A stretch of DNA of 62,933 bases, filler included, from Rhabdomonas costata (GCA_019059605.1; 38 parts of 38 records of this genome joined end to end with filler, not necessarily neighbours in it); one strand, 5' to 3'. Positions 49,463 through 62,843 are shown, counted from the whole stretch's first letter. Numbers and translations are program-made. The notes: generated by a model from the sequence alone, not told the origin.

Positions 49463-51472
49463 CTGTGGCAGAGGAAGCCCAGTCCCCCACCAAAAAAGCA
49501 AGAAGATGAAAACGTAGAAGAAGACGCGTTGATGAGATTAGGGGTCGAACAAGACCTAACGTGGGATGCTGTTCTTGGCTCTCTATGGCTCCGCTTACGC
49601 TCAGTAGTGGAATTCGAGAACAATTGAACGGGTCCTTTTTCTCCACCAGAGCTGTATTGGTTGNNNNNNNNNNNNNNNNNNNNNNNNNNNNNNNNNNNNN
49701 NNNNNNNTTAATTAATTAANNNNNNNNNNNNNNNNNNNNNNNNNNNNNNNNNNNNNNNNNNNNTGCCAAGTTAAACAATCGTAACCCGGGGGGGGGGGAA
49801 GTACTGGATTTTTCACGGGAAGTCAACTCTCTCTCGTTGTGGGGTGGTAACAGCAGAAAAGCACACCTGTTCCTCTGCAATCGTTAGCAAACCGACCAAG
49901 GCTGCCCACCGTCTGAGCATCCACAAAGAGTCCATCGCCCAAGTCAGCAAGATACGCTCCTCGAGGACGTGAGCCAGAAGGTTGACGACACACAGCTCCT
50001 GAAGAAATAAGCACGAACTACCACTGAGGTTACACCGTCCCCTCACCCCAAAGCGTCTCAGACGAGTAAATTGGGACTTGTCAAAATCTCAATCGAGTGC
50101 CATGGAGGCGAAAGACAAGCTGACACGTTCCTTATATGCCAACGCCGTAGCCGCATCCGCCACAGCACTGTCGCTTGTGCTGGGTTGAACCGAACAGATC
50201 CCTCTGCAGAAAATACCTGGCTTGGGTTTAACTACGCCAATGTGGTTGATGTGGACTAGGAGCTTTCTGGTCACGTTGACTCGGCCGCCGATGGAGGATG
50301 CAACAGATTCACAAATTTTCAAGAAAATAAAGCAGTTCCACACCAGCTGATGCTTTTCAGGAGGTGCGGGTATTCTCAAACCTTAAACCATGCCAAGACG
50401 TCACGCGAAAATAATCGCCCTAAGAAAGTCCAAATGCAAAGAAGGAAAAATCTTTTCGTGCGGATTTTGTAGGACAAAAACGCAAACCTGAGTAGGTACA
50501 AATGACTTCATTTCTCTGCACGTCCTTTGTGGCGATCAGACCCACCTCTCCGTGGCAAGGGTGGGCAGGATCAATCACGGGACCCACGTGCACTTTTCGG
50601 GAACTTCGAAGACCATTTACAATCAGATACTGAGCAAAAGCAAGTAACGGAAGACCGAAAAACGCAAGGAAAATTTGCCATGTAAAACAGTTCTACACCT
50701 CTTCTGGTTGAAGTTCAGGATCCCAGAGAAGGGCGCTGCAATTTTCAGAAGAGGCTGCAAAAAGCGCATTTAGCCAACTATGACTGCAAAAAACAAAACT
50801 GCCGCAAAAAGCAAAGCGAGAAGGCAAAGTGCGCGCGATACCAGGGTGGTCCAGAGAGAACTCCTTGCTTTTCAAACGCATGAAAAGAAGAGATGTCCAA
50901 ACAAAAATGAAATGAAAGCATGGAAGGCTAAAGGGGTGCAAATAAACCGAAGGGGAGGAATGCATACGATGTCAAAACCTGGGTATTGTGCGAACGACTA
51001 CCTACGCGTGAGCACACGCCAGCAAGCAACCGGTTAAGTTTGTTAAAAGCCCCCCCATTTTTATTAGCCGCGGTATAAAAAATTCTTGACATAAAATTTT
51101 CCAAATTGCGGTGATGTAAAGTTTTCCATGTTTTTGGTACGATGTTATAAAATTTCTCTTACACATTTTCGGCAATGCTGTGAACTGTTGCATGACGAGT
51201 TAATTTTTGCTTGTGCTGGATGTCTTGGGCCCAAGACCCCAGGTGTTATGCACTGCAGTCCCGAAAAGGGTTGCCGAGGTGAGTTCAGTTGGTCTAGCAG
51301 GGGGTTAGGGGGCGGAACACGCNNNNNNNNNNNNNNNNNNNNNNNNNNNNNNNNNNNNNNNNNNNNTTAATTAATTAANNNNNNNNNNNNNNNNNNNNNN
51401 NNNNNNNNNNNNNNNNNNNNNNTGTCATATCTTTTGCAATGTTTTGCGCAAATCTCGCAACGGTTGGATCAG

Positions 51473-51604
51473 GGCTATTACTACCCCACCAAAGACAAGG
51501 TGTTGGACGCGGTTTACCTTTTGGCCCGGGTGCTTTTTGTCGTGTTCTGCATGATTATCCTGAAGTTCACCTGGAAGAGCTATCACCTCACCCATACCGA
51601 CAAG
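51473..51604 (+). CDS. Exon of a hypothetical membrane protein
   Basis: cag...gt-bounded, GC3-rich GYYYPTKDKVLDAVYLLARVLFVVFCMIILKFTWKSYHLTHTDK with one hydrophobic segment. Confidence 0.45.
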
Positions 51605-53707
51605 GTCTCTGTGCCCAGCCTCTCCCCCATTCTACCCGGCCTCCTGCCATGACCGTATGTGTGTGGGCGCATACGACGTCTCCACTTAACCATCTGTCCT
51701 TCCAAGGTTTCGCGGACGATTTCTATCCCGAAGGCCAACTCGTCTCACCATCCAAGCGCAAACAAGTGTACTTCCCGTTGCGCAGGACATTTGCATGAGC
51801 AGGCCATGTTCCAGACGCAGTTTTCCTTGTCTTTTGATCAAACGTGCTGCGTGACAAATCTCTAATCCTTGTGCCCTCACAGGTTGCAAAGCAGGCCTAC
51901 ACGGCTGCCGTGCTGGAACAGCTGAAAAGGGACTGTGTGATGTGCCGCGTGCCAAAGAAAGTCGCCGACGAACTGCTGATTCCTGGGAATTGAGGACTCT
52001 GTGAGGCTCGGGGCGCTCGCAGGGTTGAGGGAAGGAGAGGGAAAAGACGCGCATTATCTGCAGAGTTTTCCTCTGACGTGTGCACAGTTATCCTTGCCCT
52101 GAGACGTTGGTTGCCTATGCTGTAATATGCATCTCCTCCTTTTCCCCAGAGTTACAGGAATTGTTTCAAGGTTAATGTGCTGGTGAACCACTACCAGGGA
52201 TGTCCTTTGTGTCTCTGGCTTCCTTTTCACTGGCGTAGCCTGCTTCCAACGAAGGAACACAGCGAACGTTCCCTTTATACCTTATGAACGCTCCCATAAA
52301 CCTGATTCGGTAGGTTTTTTCAAACCTTCTGGTGGCTTCGGATTGTGTGGCCCACCCTCATCTGGGAGCAAGGTTGAAGCGATGCCAAGATGCCGCTCAT
52401 GCAACTAAATCAGCGGGCTCCAGGTTCTTTAGCTTCCTCCTTTATCCCTAAGACCCGGTTGACATTTTCAAGAGAACAGTTGAGTAGAGAACATATTTTG
52501 TCGCTTATTCAGAGACTCCGCGACCCAAGATCCGAGATGTGGAGGGATTCATCAAACATACTTGCGCCTTCGTTTGGTTTGGTGGAGTGGAGTAGAGTGG
52601 TGGAGTGTCGTTCTGTGGAAATTGGAAATTTGATTTTTTTTTCGGTTGTAGCGAAGCTTTTGCTGTGTGTTTGGTTTTATCTTGTTGCTGTGTTGCTGTT
52701 CGAAGACAAATGGAGCCCCCTGCCTTCTCGTGCCGGCGGGCTGTGCCTGATGACGTGCTGCAAATTAAGCGACTCATTGGAATGTGTTTTTTCCCTTCCC
52801 CCCCCCCTCCCTGCGGCCTGTGCAACAAGGGGGCCCCTTTCTCTCGCCACTTTTTGACACCCATCGTCTGATTCCTTTGAACTTTTGGAGGTGGCGTGTC
52901 GGTCCTTCCACTTCGTGGACAAGCGGGTCACCGTATCGCCCTTCGACTCTTTGTAATGCTCCCTGGTACTCTGCTGGAATCNNNNNNNNNNNNNNNNNNN
53001 NNNNNNNNNNNNNNNNNNNNNNNNNTTAATTAATTAANNNNNNNNNNNNNNNNNNNNNNNNNNNNNNNNNNNNNNNNNNNNTTGTTTTTGTGGAAGCAGG
53101 AACACTGGTGAGCAAGTGGAAAGCAGGTGTCCACTGCTTTTGTTGTGCAGGTGTTCCAAGGCGAGATTTACGTCGCGGGAGGGTTCTGCTCCGGTACGCT
53201 GTGTTTCGTGTTTGTGTGTGCTGGCATCTGATGCTAGTTGTGGATGTCTGTGATTTGCGAGAGAAAGGCTTAGTGCACTGGACAGGGTCCTGACCCGCTT
53301 TGGACTTGCTGTGGGCGTCATAGACTGGTCCTGTGGTCCTCCTAGAAACCCCCCAAGGGCATCGCTTGAAAGTTGCTGTAGACGGGTGGATGGGTGGACC
53401 ATGTAACTGGGCAAGTCTTTTCAAGAAACAAGGCAGCGCGCATCCGAGAAAAAAGCGGAGAAAAAATGTCCTGCGCAATGCTGCAGGATTCCATACGGGT
53501 CACCGTGCAGACAGATGAGTGCCCCATGACACAACCCAGCAACGCTCACTGCTTGTACAGTAGAAAATAGAAAATATCGTTGCCCTGCCAGACACCATGG
53601 CTCTACCTCGGTTTGCTAACATCTCTTGCAGGTCTCTCTTTTGCAGAGCCACATATGGAGGGCACACTCACATACGCACGCGCAAACAATCGCGATTGTG
53701 TCCGCAG

Positions 53708-53814
53708 GTGCCTTGGACACAATGGAGAAGTTCAACCCGATCACCAACCAGTGGACCATGGTCGCGAGGATGCCCTCCAAGCGGGACGCCTGCAAGCTGG
53801 TGGCCTTTGAGTAA
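53708..53814 (+). CDS. Kelch-repeat protein, terminal exon
   Basis: ALDTMEKFNPITNQWTMVARMPSKRDACKLVAFE* matches Kelch L.SVE.Y.P.TN.W..VA.M...R....V. Confidence 0.85.
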
Positions 53815-56405
53815 GTCAGGCCACTGGCGTCCTTTTCTGTACATCCACACCGATACAGACCAACCCGACGTCTGCGCTGTGTTGGGCGATCGGCGGAGAA
53901 GCTTGAGAGAGAGAGAGAACTGGGCGAAAGAGAGAAGGGAAGGGAAGGGGCCGCTGCAAGTATATACACCCCCTCCTGGCTGTGCCGCCCCACTCTCCCC
54001 TTTCTCTTTTGCTGTAAGGTGTGTATGTGTGTGCGTGTGTGCGTTTGTGTTTGTGGATAGCAAAGAGAGAGAGAAAGAGCAGAGGTGTGTGCGGCGGGGT
54101 ACATTCGTCACTACGCTGTCTCCTCGCACCCCCTCTGTGTCTTCCTGGCATTGGTGTGGATTGGGGAAAGACGCCGAGGCCTTCTTGAGAGCTTCGCGCG
54201 TAAGTCTCCTTCCCTCCAATAAAGGAGCGATTTCCTCTGCCGCCTCTCTTCGGCCCGCATGCTGTTGAAGGCCACTCTCTCTGCTCTTTGTTTTCTCTCT
54301 CATGAGGACGGGTAGGCCTGATTGTTGTGTGTGGGCGTGCGGGTGTGTGCTTGTGTGAGTTTGTCGCTCTCTCTCTCGTTGTGCTGCCGCCCTGTCCACG
54401 TGCTTGCCTGCTGCTGTTCCCTGTGCCTCCGTCCCCCGCCCCAACCCCTTGCTTTCAAGACCTCTCTTGGCATCCCTCGGTATACCTCTGCCTCCGCACT
54501 CCCTCTCCCACTCCCCGTATCATCATTGCCACCGCCTTAGCTCATCTCGGAGCCCAATCTGATAGCATTTTTCTTAGACCCCCCCCCGGAATACCTCTAT
54601 TAAGCCCTAATGTGTCTCAAGCGTTTTGGACCAACACAAANNNNNNNNNNNNNNNNNNNNNNNNNNNNNNNNNNNNNNNNNNNNTTAATTAATTAANNNN
54701 NNNNNNNNNNNNNNNNNNNNNNNNNNNNNNNNNNNNNNNNGGGTTTGTGGAGCTTTTAATGAGGGATAGCAGGGCATCATTCTCCGCCTCGGTTTGCATA
54801 CGACGGTATTCTCCTTCCAAATGTCTTTGCTCTGCATTTGTGGTACGGGATTTTGGGCGGTTCCGAGGCTTTGTCACGCGAGCCTTCAGGCCCAATCTCC
54901 TGTGCACGCCGTGTTGAAGTGAGCCAATTCTGTTCGTCCTGATCAGGCTGCATATGTTATTCTCTGCTTAGACTGGTGGTTGCCCCCTCCCCCAACGTGG
55001 ACACCATCAGGAGTTTGAACAAGGGTTTGCTCCTTGCTCTTGTCTCCCGCTTTCCTCGTGTTCTGCTTTTTCTCTTTGTCAGGTCATGCTCTACTGTGGG
55101 GGAGGCCTCTTCTTCTTGCAATCACGCACTAAAAAGTTGTTTGCTGTTGTCCGGTCGATTTGTTCTCACCCTCTCTACTCTTCTCCTCCCTCCCTCCCCT
55201 CTCTTTGCTCTTATATCATGTGCACTGGCATTTCCCTTCCACTTTTGTCTCGCCATCTCAAGTGAGTTTGGGCTCTTTTTCCAAGCAGTCCTGCGTTTGA
55301 TTTTGTGGTGAATGCGTTTCGTGTGAAGTCTCCGGCTTCACAGCGTCAGCACCGGTGTTTCACAGAAAACGACGCATCCCAACCCTCTCCTCCACTCCTA
55401 GACTGCATCAACACAACATACAAACAGAACCGCAAGAGCCGCGTTTTTCAATGGAAACCATCCCCCCCCTCCGTTGCATTTGTTTTCCCCTTCTGTTGCA
55501 GTGCTGTGCTGGATGCCCCCATCCTCCCACTCATTCAACGGCAAAGCAGCGGCGTCTCATACAACGCCGTTCATGTCACGATGATCTCGGACGAAATGGT
55601 CTTCACGAATGGGGCTTCCTGAAAAGCCCATCTGATTCATCCCATCTGCCTATCCTGTTTTGCTTTAGAGATGCGTTTCTCGGCGCCTCCTTCACCGTTC
55701 CGCCTTCACCCTCATCCCATGCCGCTTGTTTGTGGCCACACCCCCTGTCCCGTCCACTTCTCTGGGCAAGGGTGGGGCAGCTCACTTTCTGGTTTACCTC
55801 ATTCTTTGCGTTGCATGCCTTTTTCTCGTTCCCCTTTCCCCCCCCTGGTATCTGGGGAATTGCTTCAGCTTTGGGGTTGAGTTTGGGTGTCCTCATTGAA
55901 GAAGACGGTGGTGATACAAGGATCGACCGCAGCGCATTGCTGTGCCTGCGCCAGCAATTGCGCCACATGCTACTTCGAAATGCAGCCTCTCGCCGCCTAT
56001 TTTTTTTTTCGAATTTGAAGAAAAGCACCCACAATGGCTCCGGAACCACTTTTCCAAACTCCATTTGTCGACGGCCTTCAAGCCAATTTGTGTTTGTGTC
56101 CCCCAGACGCCAGTCTCGTATGTGCTTTCTGCCTTTTGTCGCTTAAAATTGGGCAGAACCTTGGCAGCACTTTCATTGTTTGGTTACCGAAAAGTGTTTG
56201 GCGGAAGACTGTTCCCTCATAAAACGAAAGAATGTTGCCCGACTGGTTGTGCGGGCATACCGTAGATGGCAATGTTGTGGTGTATTTCACAAACCACAAN
56301 NNNNNNNNNNNNNNNNNNNNNNNNNNNNNNNNNNNNNNNNNNNTTAATTAATTAANNNNNNNNNNNNNNNNNNNNNNNNNNNNNNNNNNNNNNNNNNNNG
56401 GTTTG

Positions 56406-56540
56406 TGGGATCGATCATATCCGAATGAATTACACACAATATTTCCAAAGGTGTTATCGTTACGGGAAGGTCGACCTCTCCCGTAACGATAACACCTTTG
56501 GAAATATTGTGTGTAATTCATTCGGATATGATCGATCCCA
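56406..56540. repeat. 135-bp near-perfect palindrome (62-bp arms, self-complementary centre with one bulged base)
   Basis: 56406-56467 is the exact reverse complement of 56479-56540; the centre is aggtcgacct plus c. Confidence 0.97.
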
Positions 56541-58121
56541 TCGACCCCAATATAACGGCGTGGGGCCAAGGAGTCTGAAATTCCAAGGCCTCTTTTAAAT
56601 GTCAAGTGAAGGGAATTTCAATGCATCTGGAATTTCAACAGCCAACAAGTCGTTGAGCCAGTGAACAATATCGGCTGTGTCGACGTTGCAGCCATTTCAA
56701 CCCTCAAAGGATGGAGTCTACGGGAACACAGCACGTCGGACCTCCGCCGCACCACTTTCTGGGCAATTTTCAGCCAGTCTGCGCAATACCAACTACTCCA
56801 GCAGCGAACACAAGCCCACCCCCACCCCCGTTGTCTCGCTTTGTGCCGTTGTGCTTTGCGCCGTCGAATGCACATGTCCAGTGTTTTGGACACTAGACAT
56901 GTGCATTCGAGTCGTGAAGGATTTTGTTGTGGAGGGGAAGAGATGAAAACGGCGAGGTGTCTCGGAAGAAAGAGCAAAATTTCAAAGAGCAAATCAAATG
57001 GGTGCAACAGAGAGGATCAGATCAATGATGGAGCACAACAGAAGAAGGAGAAGAAGAGCGCGATTTTAACACGCGCGCTTTATTTTTGTTTCTTGTTTTT
57101 TGGGGGGAGGGGAGGGGGCGCCCCAACCCGTCCACCGCATCTACCGCCCTGTGAAGAGCAGGGAAAAGGGTGGGGGGTGGTCACAGCACCAATGGCACAG
57201 GCCATGGCGAGGTAGCTACTGGGGAAGTCGTCGCAGTGGGCGCCGTATCCAGCAAATCCGATCCCGCAGACCGACTTCCGCGACCCCTTCACCACAACCC
57301 TATGAGGGGAATGCATCCAGGCTGAAAAAGCAAGAGTAACGGGCAAGACTGCGACATATGCATTGGAATTTACCATACAAAACAAACCAGCTATGATAAA
57401 GTGAAGGCCAAATGTCTTAATACTTTACATTACCGTAAAATCTCAGTGACTTTCTGTTTTGTCAAGGCCACTCGTCCTGTGTCCTGGAATTCCACACTCC
57501 TTTTCTGCTTTTGTGTGCAGCACTGCACCGGACCTAGGACATTGCAGGAAAAATTTATTGCTTTCCTGTCGCAATAAAAAGAAATCAAGATATTCCGTCC
57601 CTGTCAGCAGGCGTTTTCGCATCCACAGAGAGGTTAGACCTGGGCCCGGAGACAGACTTGTAGAAGAGCTTCGAGCCCAGCAGGGACACGGAATCTGGAG
57701 GGAGGCTGCAGAAACGAACCATCCCACCCAGATGCGAGAACGTTGAATTGAAACTACACAGAAAATATCCGCCATGCTTTGCTGTTTTTAGTTTTGTCTT
57801 TGGCTGGTGTGCCTATGTCGCACCTCACTGAACCCTGACACAACGCGGTGTTTTGGGAAAAAAAAAGGCTCACCACAAAACACTCTCCGTTATTGATTGT
57901 AACAAAACCTGGCTGTTTTCAATGCTCCGAGTCGACACTCCCCCCCCCCCCAAACACNNNNNNNNNNNNNNNNNNNNNNNNNNNNNNNNNNNNNNNNNNN
58001 NTTAATTAATTAANNNNNNNNNNNNNNNNNNNNNNNNNNNNNNNNNNNNNNNNNNNNTATACTCTCTGCAACTCCACAAATACAGGTGCTTCGGTTCACC
58101 CCAAATAGCCATTGCGTATGC

Positions 58122-58793
58122 TCACAAAGACGCTGGGACCTCACCCATCCAGGGTGCTCCCCGAAACAGCCTGCGAACACGAGGCTTGGGTGGCCTGTCT
58201 GAGGCCGCTTCCATCTCAAGTAATGGCACCTCTCCGTAGCCCGAGATCCCATATTCGAAGGTCAGCTGACCACCGCGCTGCAGCTCTGCGGGCAGCTGGT
58301 ATCGCAGTCTGCCCTGAACATGGCTCATCAAATCATGCACAGAAAACAAGGCGCCCTTTGTCATCAGACAGAAGACTTTCTGGGGTGGCTTCCCCACAGA
58401 CTCGGAGAGGACCACTCTGCATCTGGAATGGGTCGGGTCCTGAATCATTCCCAAACTTCCATCTCCATGCTCGTCGATAGAGAGCTCCAAAACCCCGCCA
58501 CACACCACCCGCACCCGCTCCACCGCACAGAAGTACTGGCGGTTGTACCGGCTCACCAAAGAGCCCGGCGTAGGGAAGATGTCCAGGGAACAACTGAGGT
58601 CGGTCAAGGCCTGGAGAATTGGCGGAGGGCCATCGGAGGGGAACCGCTCGCAAAGAACGTCAAGCACTGGACCGTTGTCACGGAGGAGTTGATGGAAAAC
58701 CCGGCAGGTGCCACGCAGCTCGAAAATCTCCTCAATCTCAAGGAAACCAACCACGACCCGGACGTTTTTCGGGTCGAGACGAGGCAGAGGCAT
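58122..58793 (-). CDS. Intronless F-box protein (223 aa) with an unrecognised C-terminal beta-rich domain
   Basis: MPLPRLDPKNVRVVVGFLEIEEIFELRGTCRVFHQLLRD is F-box-like. The ORF is complete and preceded by a polypyrimidine tract and cag. Confidence 0.75.
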   Translation of the reverse strand: MPLPRLDPKNVRVVVGFLEIEEIFELRGTCRVFHQLLRDNGPVLDVLCERFPSDGPPPILQALTDLSCSLDIFPTPGSLVSRYNRQYFCAVERVRVVCGGVLELSIDEHGDGSLGMIQDPTHSRCRVVLSESVGKPPQKVFCLMTKGALFSVHDLMSHVQGRLRYQLPAELQRGGQLTFEYGISGYGEVPLLEMEAASDRPPKPRVRRLFRGAPWMGEVPASL

Positions 58794-59933
58794 CGATGTG
58801 GCAAGTTCGAAGCAGGGGAGATGAGCTGCAATGAGAAGCAAAGAGTCGAGGCGCAAAGTTAAGGCAATGTTACAGAACGATAGCGAGGTGGCAAGCTGGA
58901 GGCAGGCTGAACGCTACAAGTCCACACCGCGATCCAGTTCGGTGCAGAGGACGCTGCGTTGACACTTCTTCAAAACCAAGCCCAAACAAACTTGAAAGCT
59001 AATCTTCGGTGTAAGGTCACTTGTGTGGGGGGTACAATGCATACAGTGCCTTCTACTAGTAAACCCTTTTCAATCCCTTGTGTGCCCTTTCCGCAGGTTG
59101 CTCGTGCTTAAAGCAGGGCTCCCAACGCTGTGAGCGGATGGAGGATCCCTGTTTGGGAACCGTTCAACGCCCTTCGTCAGTCCACTGCTCCCGCATCCCC
59201 CACGCCGACACGTTGCCCGGGTCGGTTCCCCGGCGCAACAGAGTCCTTTATCTACAAGGAAAAAGAGTGGAAGCACTCTCGAGTTCGGGTCACGCTCCCC
59301 GTCAGCGATCAACGATCCAGAACAAAATGCACACCAGAGAACAATACACAACCGGAACAACCGTAAAAATACATTGCATGACACTACAAAACGCAAACGA
59401 AAATTTTGAGGAGAAGAATAGACATATCATTGCCATTGCAGTGCAAGAGAGCATGAAAAGGAAAGGAAGGTCTGGGAGAACGGAACTGGGGGATGGGTGG
59501 GTGTTTGTGTGGGTGTGGGTCATCTCAGCCATTTGTGATAGAAAAAATTGTGTGTGTAGTGGTGGTGGGTTGTGCCAAGTTCGCACGTGACCAGCCGGAA
59601 AATAATGAAACAGAGGNNNNNNNNNNNNNNNNNNNNNNNNNNNNNNNNNNNNNNNNNNNNTTAATTAATTAANNNNNNNNNNNNNNNNNNNNNNNNNNNN
59701 NNNNNNNNNNNNNNNNCTTACGGGGGGGGGGGCAGCGTTGAGAAGTGGGGCCAAGAAATAGATAAGAGTTATGTTAGATAAGAGTTAGAGCAGTTAGAAT
59801 AGTTAGAGGGTTGGAGTAGTCAGTTAGAGTTAGGGGTTCCCGAAAGGATTCCAAATCCGAGTTGGGAGTTAAGGGTGTTAATAACGTTCAAGAGAAAGGG
59901 CTGATAGGGTGACGGCATAGAGCGCGCACACAC

Positions 59934-60132
59934 CAAAGGAGCGGCCGGCCCACTTCTGGAACTCATGGGCGTTGAAGTGGGGGGTGCCCCAGGTCGCTCG
60001 GAAGTGCGCCCGCATCACTGCAGACTCCTCCGCAGACGATGGCGACGACGGTGGCGGTGGAAGGTCCCCAGCCAGGGGCCGGAGGACGTCCCAAACCTTC
60101 GCCGCAGACTCCTCTCGCGCAGCAAACGGCAT
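59934..60132 (-). CDS. Exon of a hypothetical protein
   Basis: cag|ATGCCG...TTTG|gtgtgt, GC3-rich, reading ...VMRAHFRATWGTPHFNAHEFQKWAGRSF. Confidence 0.4.
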
Positions 60133-62843
60133 CTGAGTGAGATCCTCGGGGTAATACCTGCAACCCAGTGTGGGTGTTTTGAGTAGAGCTGTTCGCTAAA
60201 AACGCTAATTCCGGGTTTTGGTTTCAACTCGAGGCGATGGTGAGACGTTGCCACAGAGCTTAGTTCGAGTTGCTATGGGGAGTCTGTGTGGAGGATTCTT
60301 GCTTTGTTCCATCTTTCAGGTCGGCTCCACGATACGGCTGCTGGTGGATCTACAGGGAGTCACTCCTTCGAAGATTTCCTTCTGCTCACGGCGCGTAGTC
60401 TGACATGGAGCCGTCCCTGAGCAGTGCTGAGCCGCACACGCACGTCGAAAGCCATAGAGTGCAGGTACCTCACACACAGAAGAGTTCCGCGGAGTGAAGG
60501 TTAGAGCTAATGTCTTCGTTCGGGAGTGGTAGGGCGCCTTGCCGAAGTTGGTTTCCTGTTGGACTGGTTCCTGATGCTGATGGCCTCTGGCTTTGGTTTA
60601 GTCGGCGGCTTTTCCCATAACGGACGTACCCCAACCACTGCTATAACATCCTCTTCCTTATCCTCACGCACGGAGCTTGCTCGTACAGTCATATGGGAGG
60701 GGTAGGGGGTGGGGTTTGTGCGCATCAGGGACCAACCGAGGCAACCACACTGGCACAGGCTTTACGGGCGCGCAATTTTCTCCTCTCCCCCAAAGCTGAA
60801 AGCGTATGGACAGTAGCTTCAACAGTACTTGCCAACAGGCACTCACCCGTGGCGCTACACCCGGTGAGTATCCAGCATCCGCTTCAAGAAAAATGCATTT
60901 GTTTGATTCCGCGAATCCACAGTATCCCGAACAATATGAGAGCGAAAAAATACAGGTTTCTTCCTTCCTCTCATCCCATGCGCAGTGCACCCGTAGAAGA
61001 ACTGGTTGGACTGCTCCCCGAACTCCGTATACGGCTGGCGCCGCGTCCCCGCTCTGGCACCTTCGGAGGGCTTTGAAGCGGAGGTCTCCCAGCGGTTCTT
61101 CATGGAGAACACAGATGAATCCTCCTGTTCACTTGAAGCCGAAGACGACTACTGGGTCAGGCTGCGGTTTGGAAGTCCGTCGAGGGGAACGGCGCTCACA
61201 CAGTTTACCGAGGAAGCTCAGTTATCCATTTATCCACTTACCCACTTACCTGCTCGCATCCCCCCACACACCCCNNNNNNNNNNNNNNNNNNNNNNNNNN
61301 NNNNNNNNNNNNNNNNNNTTAATTAATTAANNNNNNNNNNNNNNNNNNNNNNNNNNNNNNNNNNNNNNNNNNNNCTGATCTGCATTTTCTGTCAAATACA
61401 TTGGATGGAATGGTATGTACATCCAGTGTAATTTTGGAGAGAAGCTATTTAAGCTTCTGTAAGTTGGAGTTTGGGGCACCCGTTAATGTAGAAATCAGTA
61501 ATTAAAATGTTCAGTGGTTTGGCAGTGTACAGCAGAGTCGCTGCTCTCTTAAGTATTGTTCGGTGAGCGTGTTTTTATTATGCTCATCCATTTTCAGTGG
61601 TTCTAGATTCTTGAAGTGGAAAAACCGTGATATTTGTATTAATTAGAGACCGTGGGTTTTTGCCTCTTGGCCGACTCCAACGCTGGTTTGCCTAGTTTCC
61701 CACAGTTTGATTATTACTTTTATTTGTTGCAGTATGTCACTAATTTGATTTGAAGAACTTTATTGTGCTTCCGGATTCATGTAGTATAAGCTGATTACTG
61801 AAATTTACAATTGCGCTTGATGCCTGGTGGATCAGAAACTGAGGAAACGTGAGGATATAGGCGGATTTATACGCATACAATTGAGTCCACTGTCATAATT
61901 TTTTGTGTGAAATCTTACGGGAGCCAGCTTCCGGCTGTTGTAATGACCAATGACAATCAGCCTATATGTCATCACATTAAGTGCTCTATCATCACTATCA
62001 TCATATAGCTTCTACAATTGTTTGTAATAACCTTCTAGCAGTTTACCGCCAGTCTGACCTGTCATTTGGATCTGATTTTCAGGGTAACCTATGACTCTCA
62101 CTATGAAATTTTAAAAACGTACCCAATAATTGATAGCATTGAAAACAACAATTAATTTGCAAACAAAGGTTCATGTTAAATATCTGACGGCCGATGACTT
62201 TGGTGATGACAAAGAGTGTGTCTAATTAGGTGCAACCATGAGGGTAATTCGTAGCTAATGTTTAGCACACTTACAAGCGCTTACAAGTAACATGTTTCAC
62301 ATGTAATAGTTTTTCTAGTGACGTACATATTGTGATCATTTACATGCACAAGGACTAGCATAGGCAATACGAAACATGTGTTTGTTTCTTCCCTCTGTTT
62401 GATTGTCACATGTAAAGTGAAAGGAATGTGCAAAACGTCGGACGATAACCAAGAGAATTGTGTAGTACTGAACACATCAGCCTATATTAGCGTGGTTGGT
62501 TGTCAGCGGAAAAATGGGCAAACAGCACAGGCACACAGAAACGGGAAAGACGATGCATACAAACAAGCGTTCAAACGGGGAGCGCCACACACACAAACAC
62601 AAAGGAGAATATGCAGGTGGCACAAAGACGTGTGAAATGGTGTGCCTTTGCTGCTAGTCGTCGTTGTTGTTGCCCCGGGATTGTTTGGTGATGCGTTGTC
62701 CTCGTGCGTCATGCCGCTGGAAAACTCGGGCACCTTGGGTCCCATCACAACTTTCCCCAACAAATTGAAGTCAACATCTCTGTTGCGTTCCATCAGTTGG
62801 CGTCTTCGACGAAAACCGCCGGCCACCAGGAATTAGACATGGC

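Noticed and set aside
10093-53814. Euglenid- or eupelagonemid-type non-canonical introns
   Set aside because: Every intron that could be placed by homology has GT-AG ends. A possible GC donor near 40630 is ambiguous because an alternative GT frame is also open.
58320-58862. 180-aa plus-strand ORF
   Set aside because: Antisense shadow of the GC3-rich F-box gene.
1604-61330. Regularly spaced identical TTAATTAATTAA 12-mers resembling a CRISPR-like or periodic array
   Set aside because: They are embedded in N runs and are the artificial six-frame-stop linker. ORFs ending in X...LIN or X...N are artefacts of it.
61375-62250. Possible decayed LINE endonuclease (LIVIGHYN resembling ILGDFN) on the minus strand of an AT-rich tract
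   Set aside because: A single short motif among many stops is insufficient.
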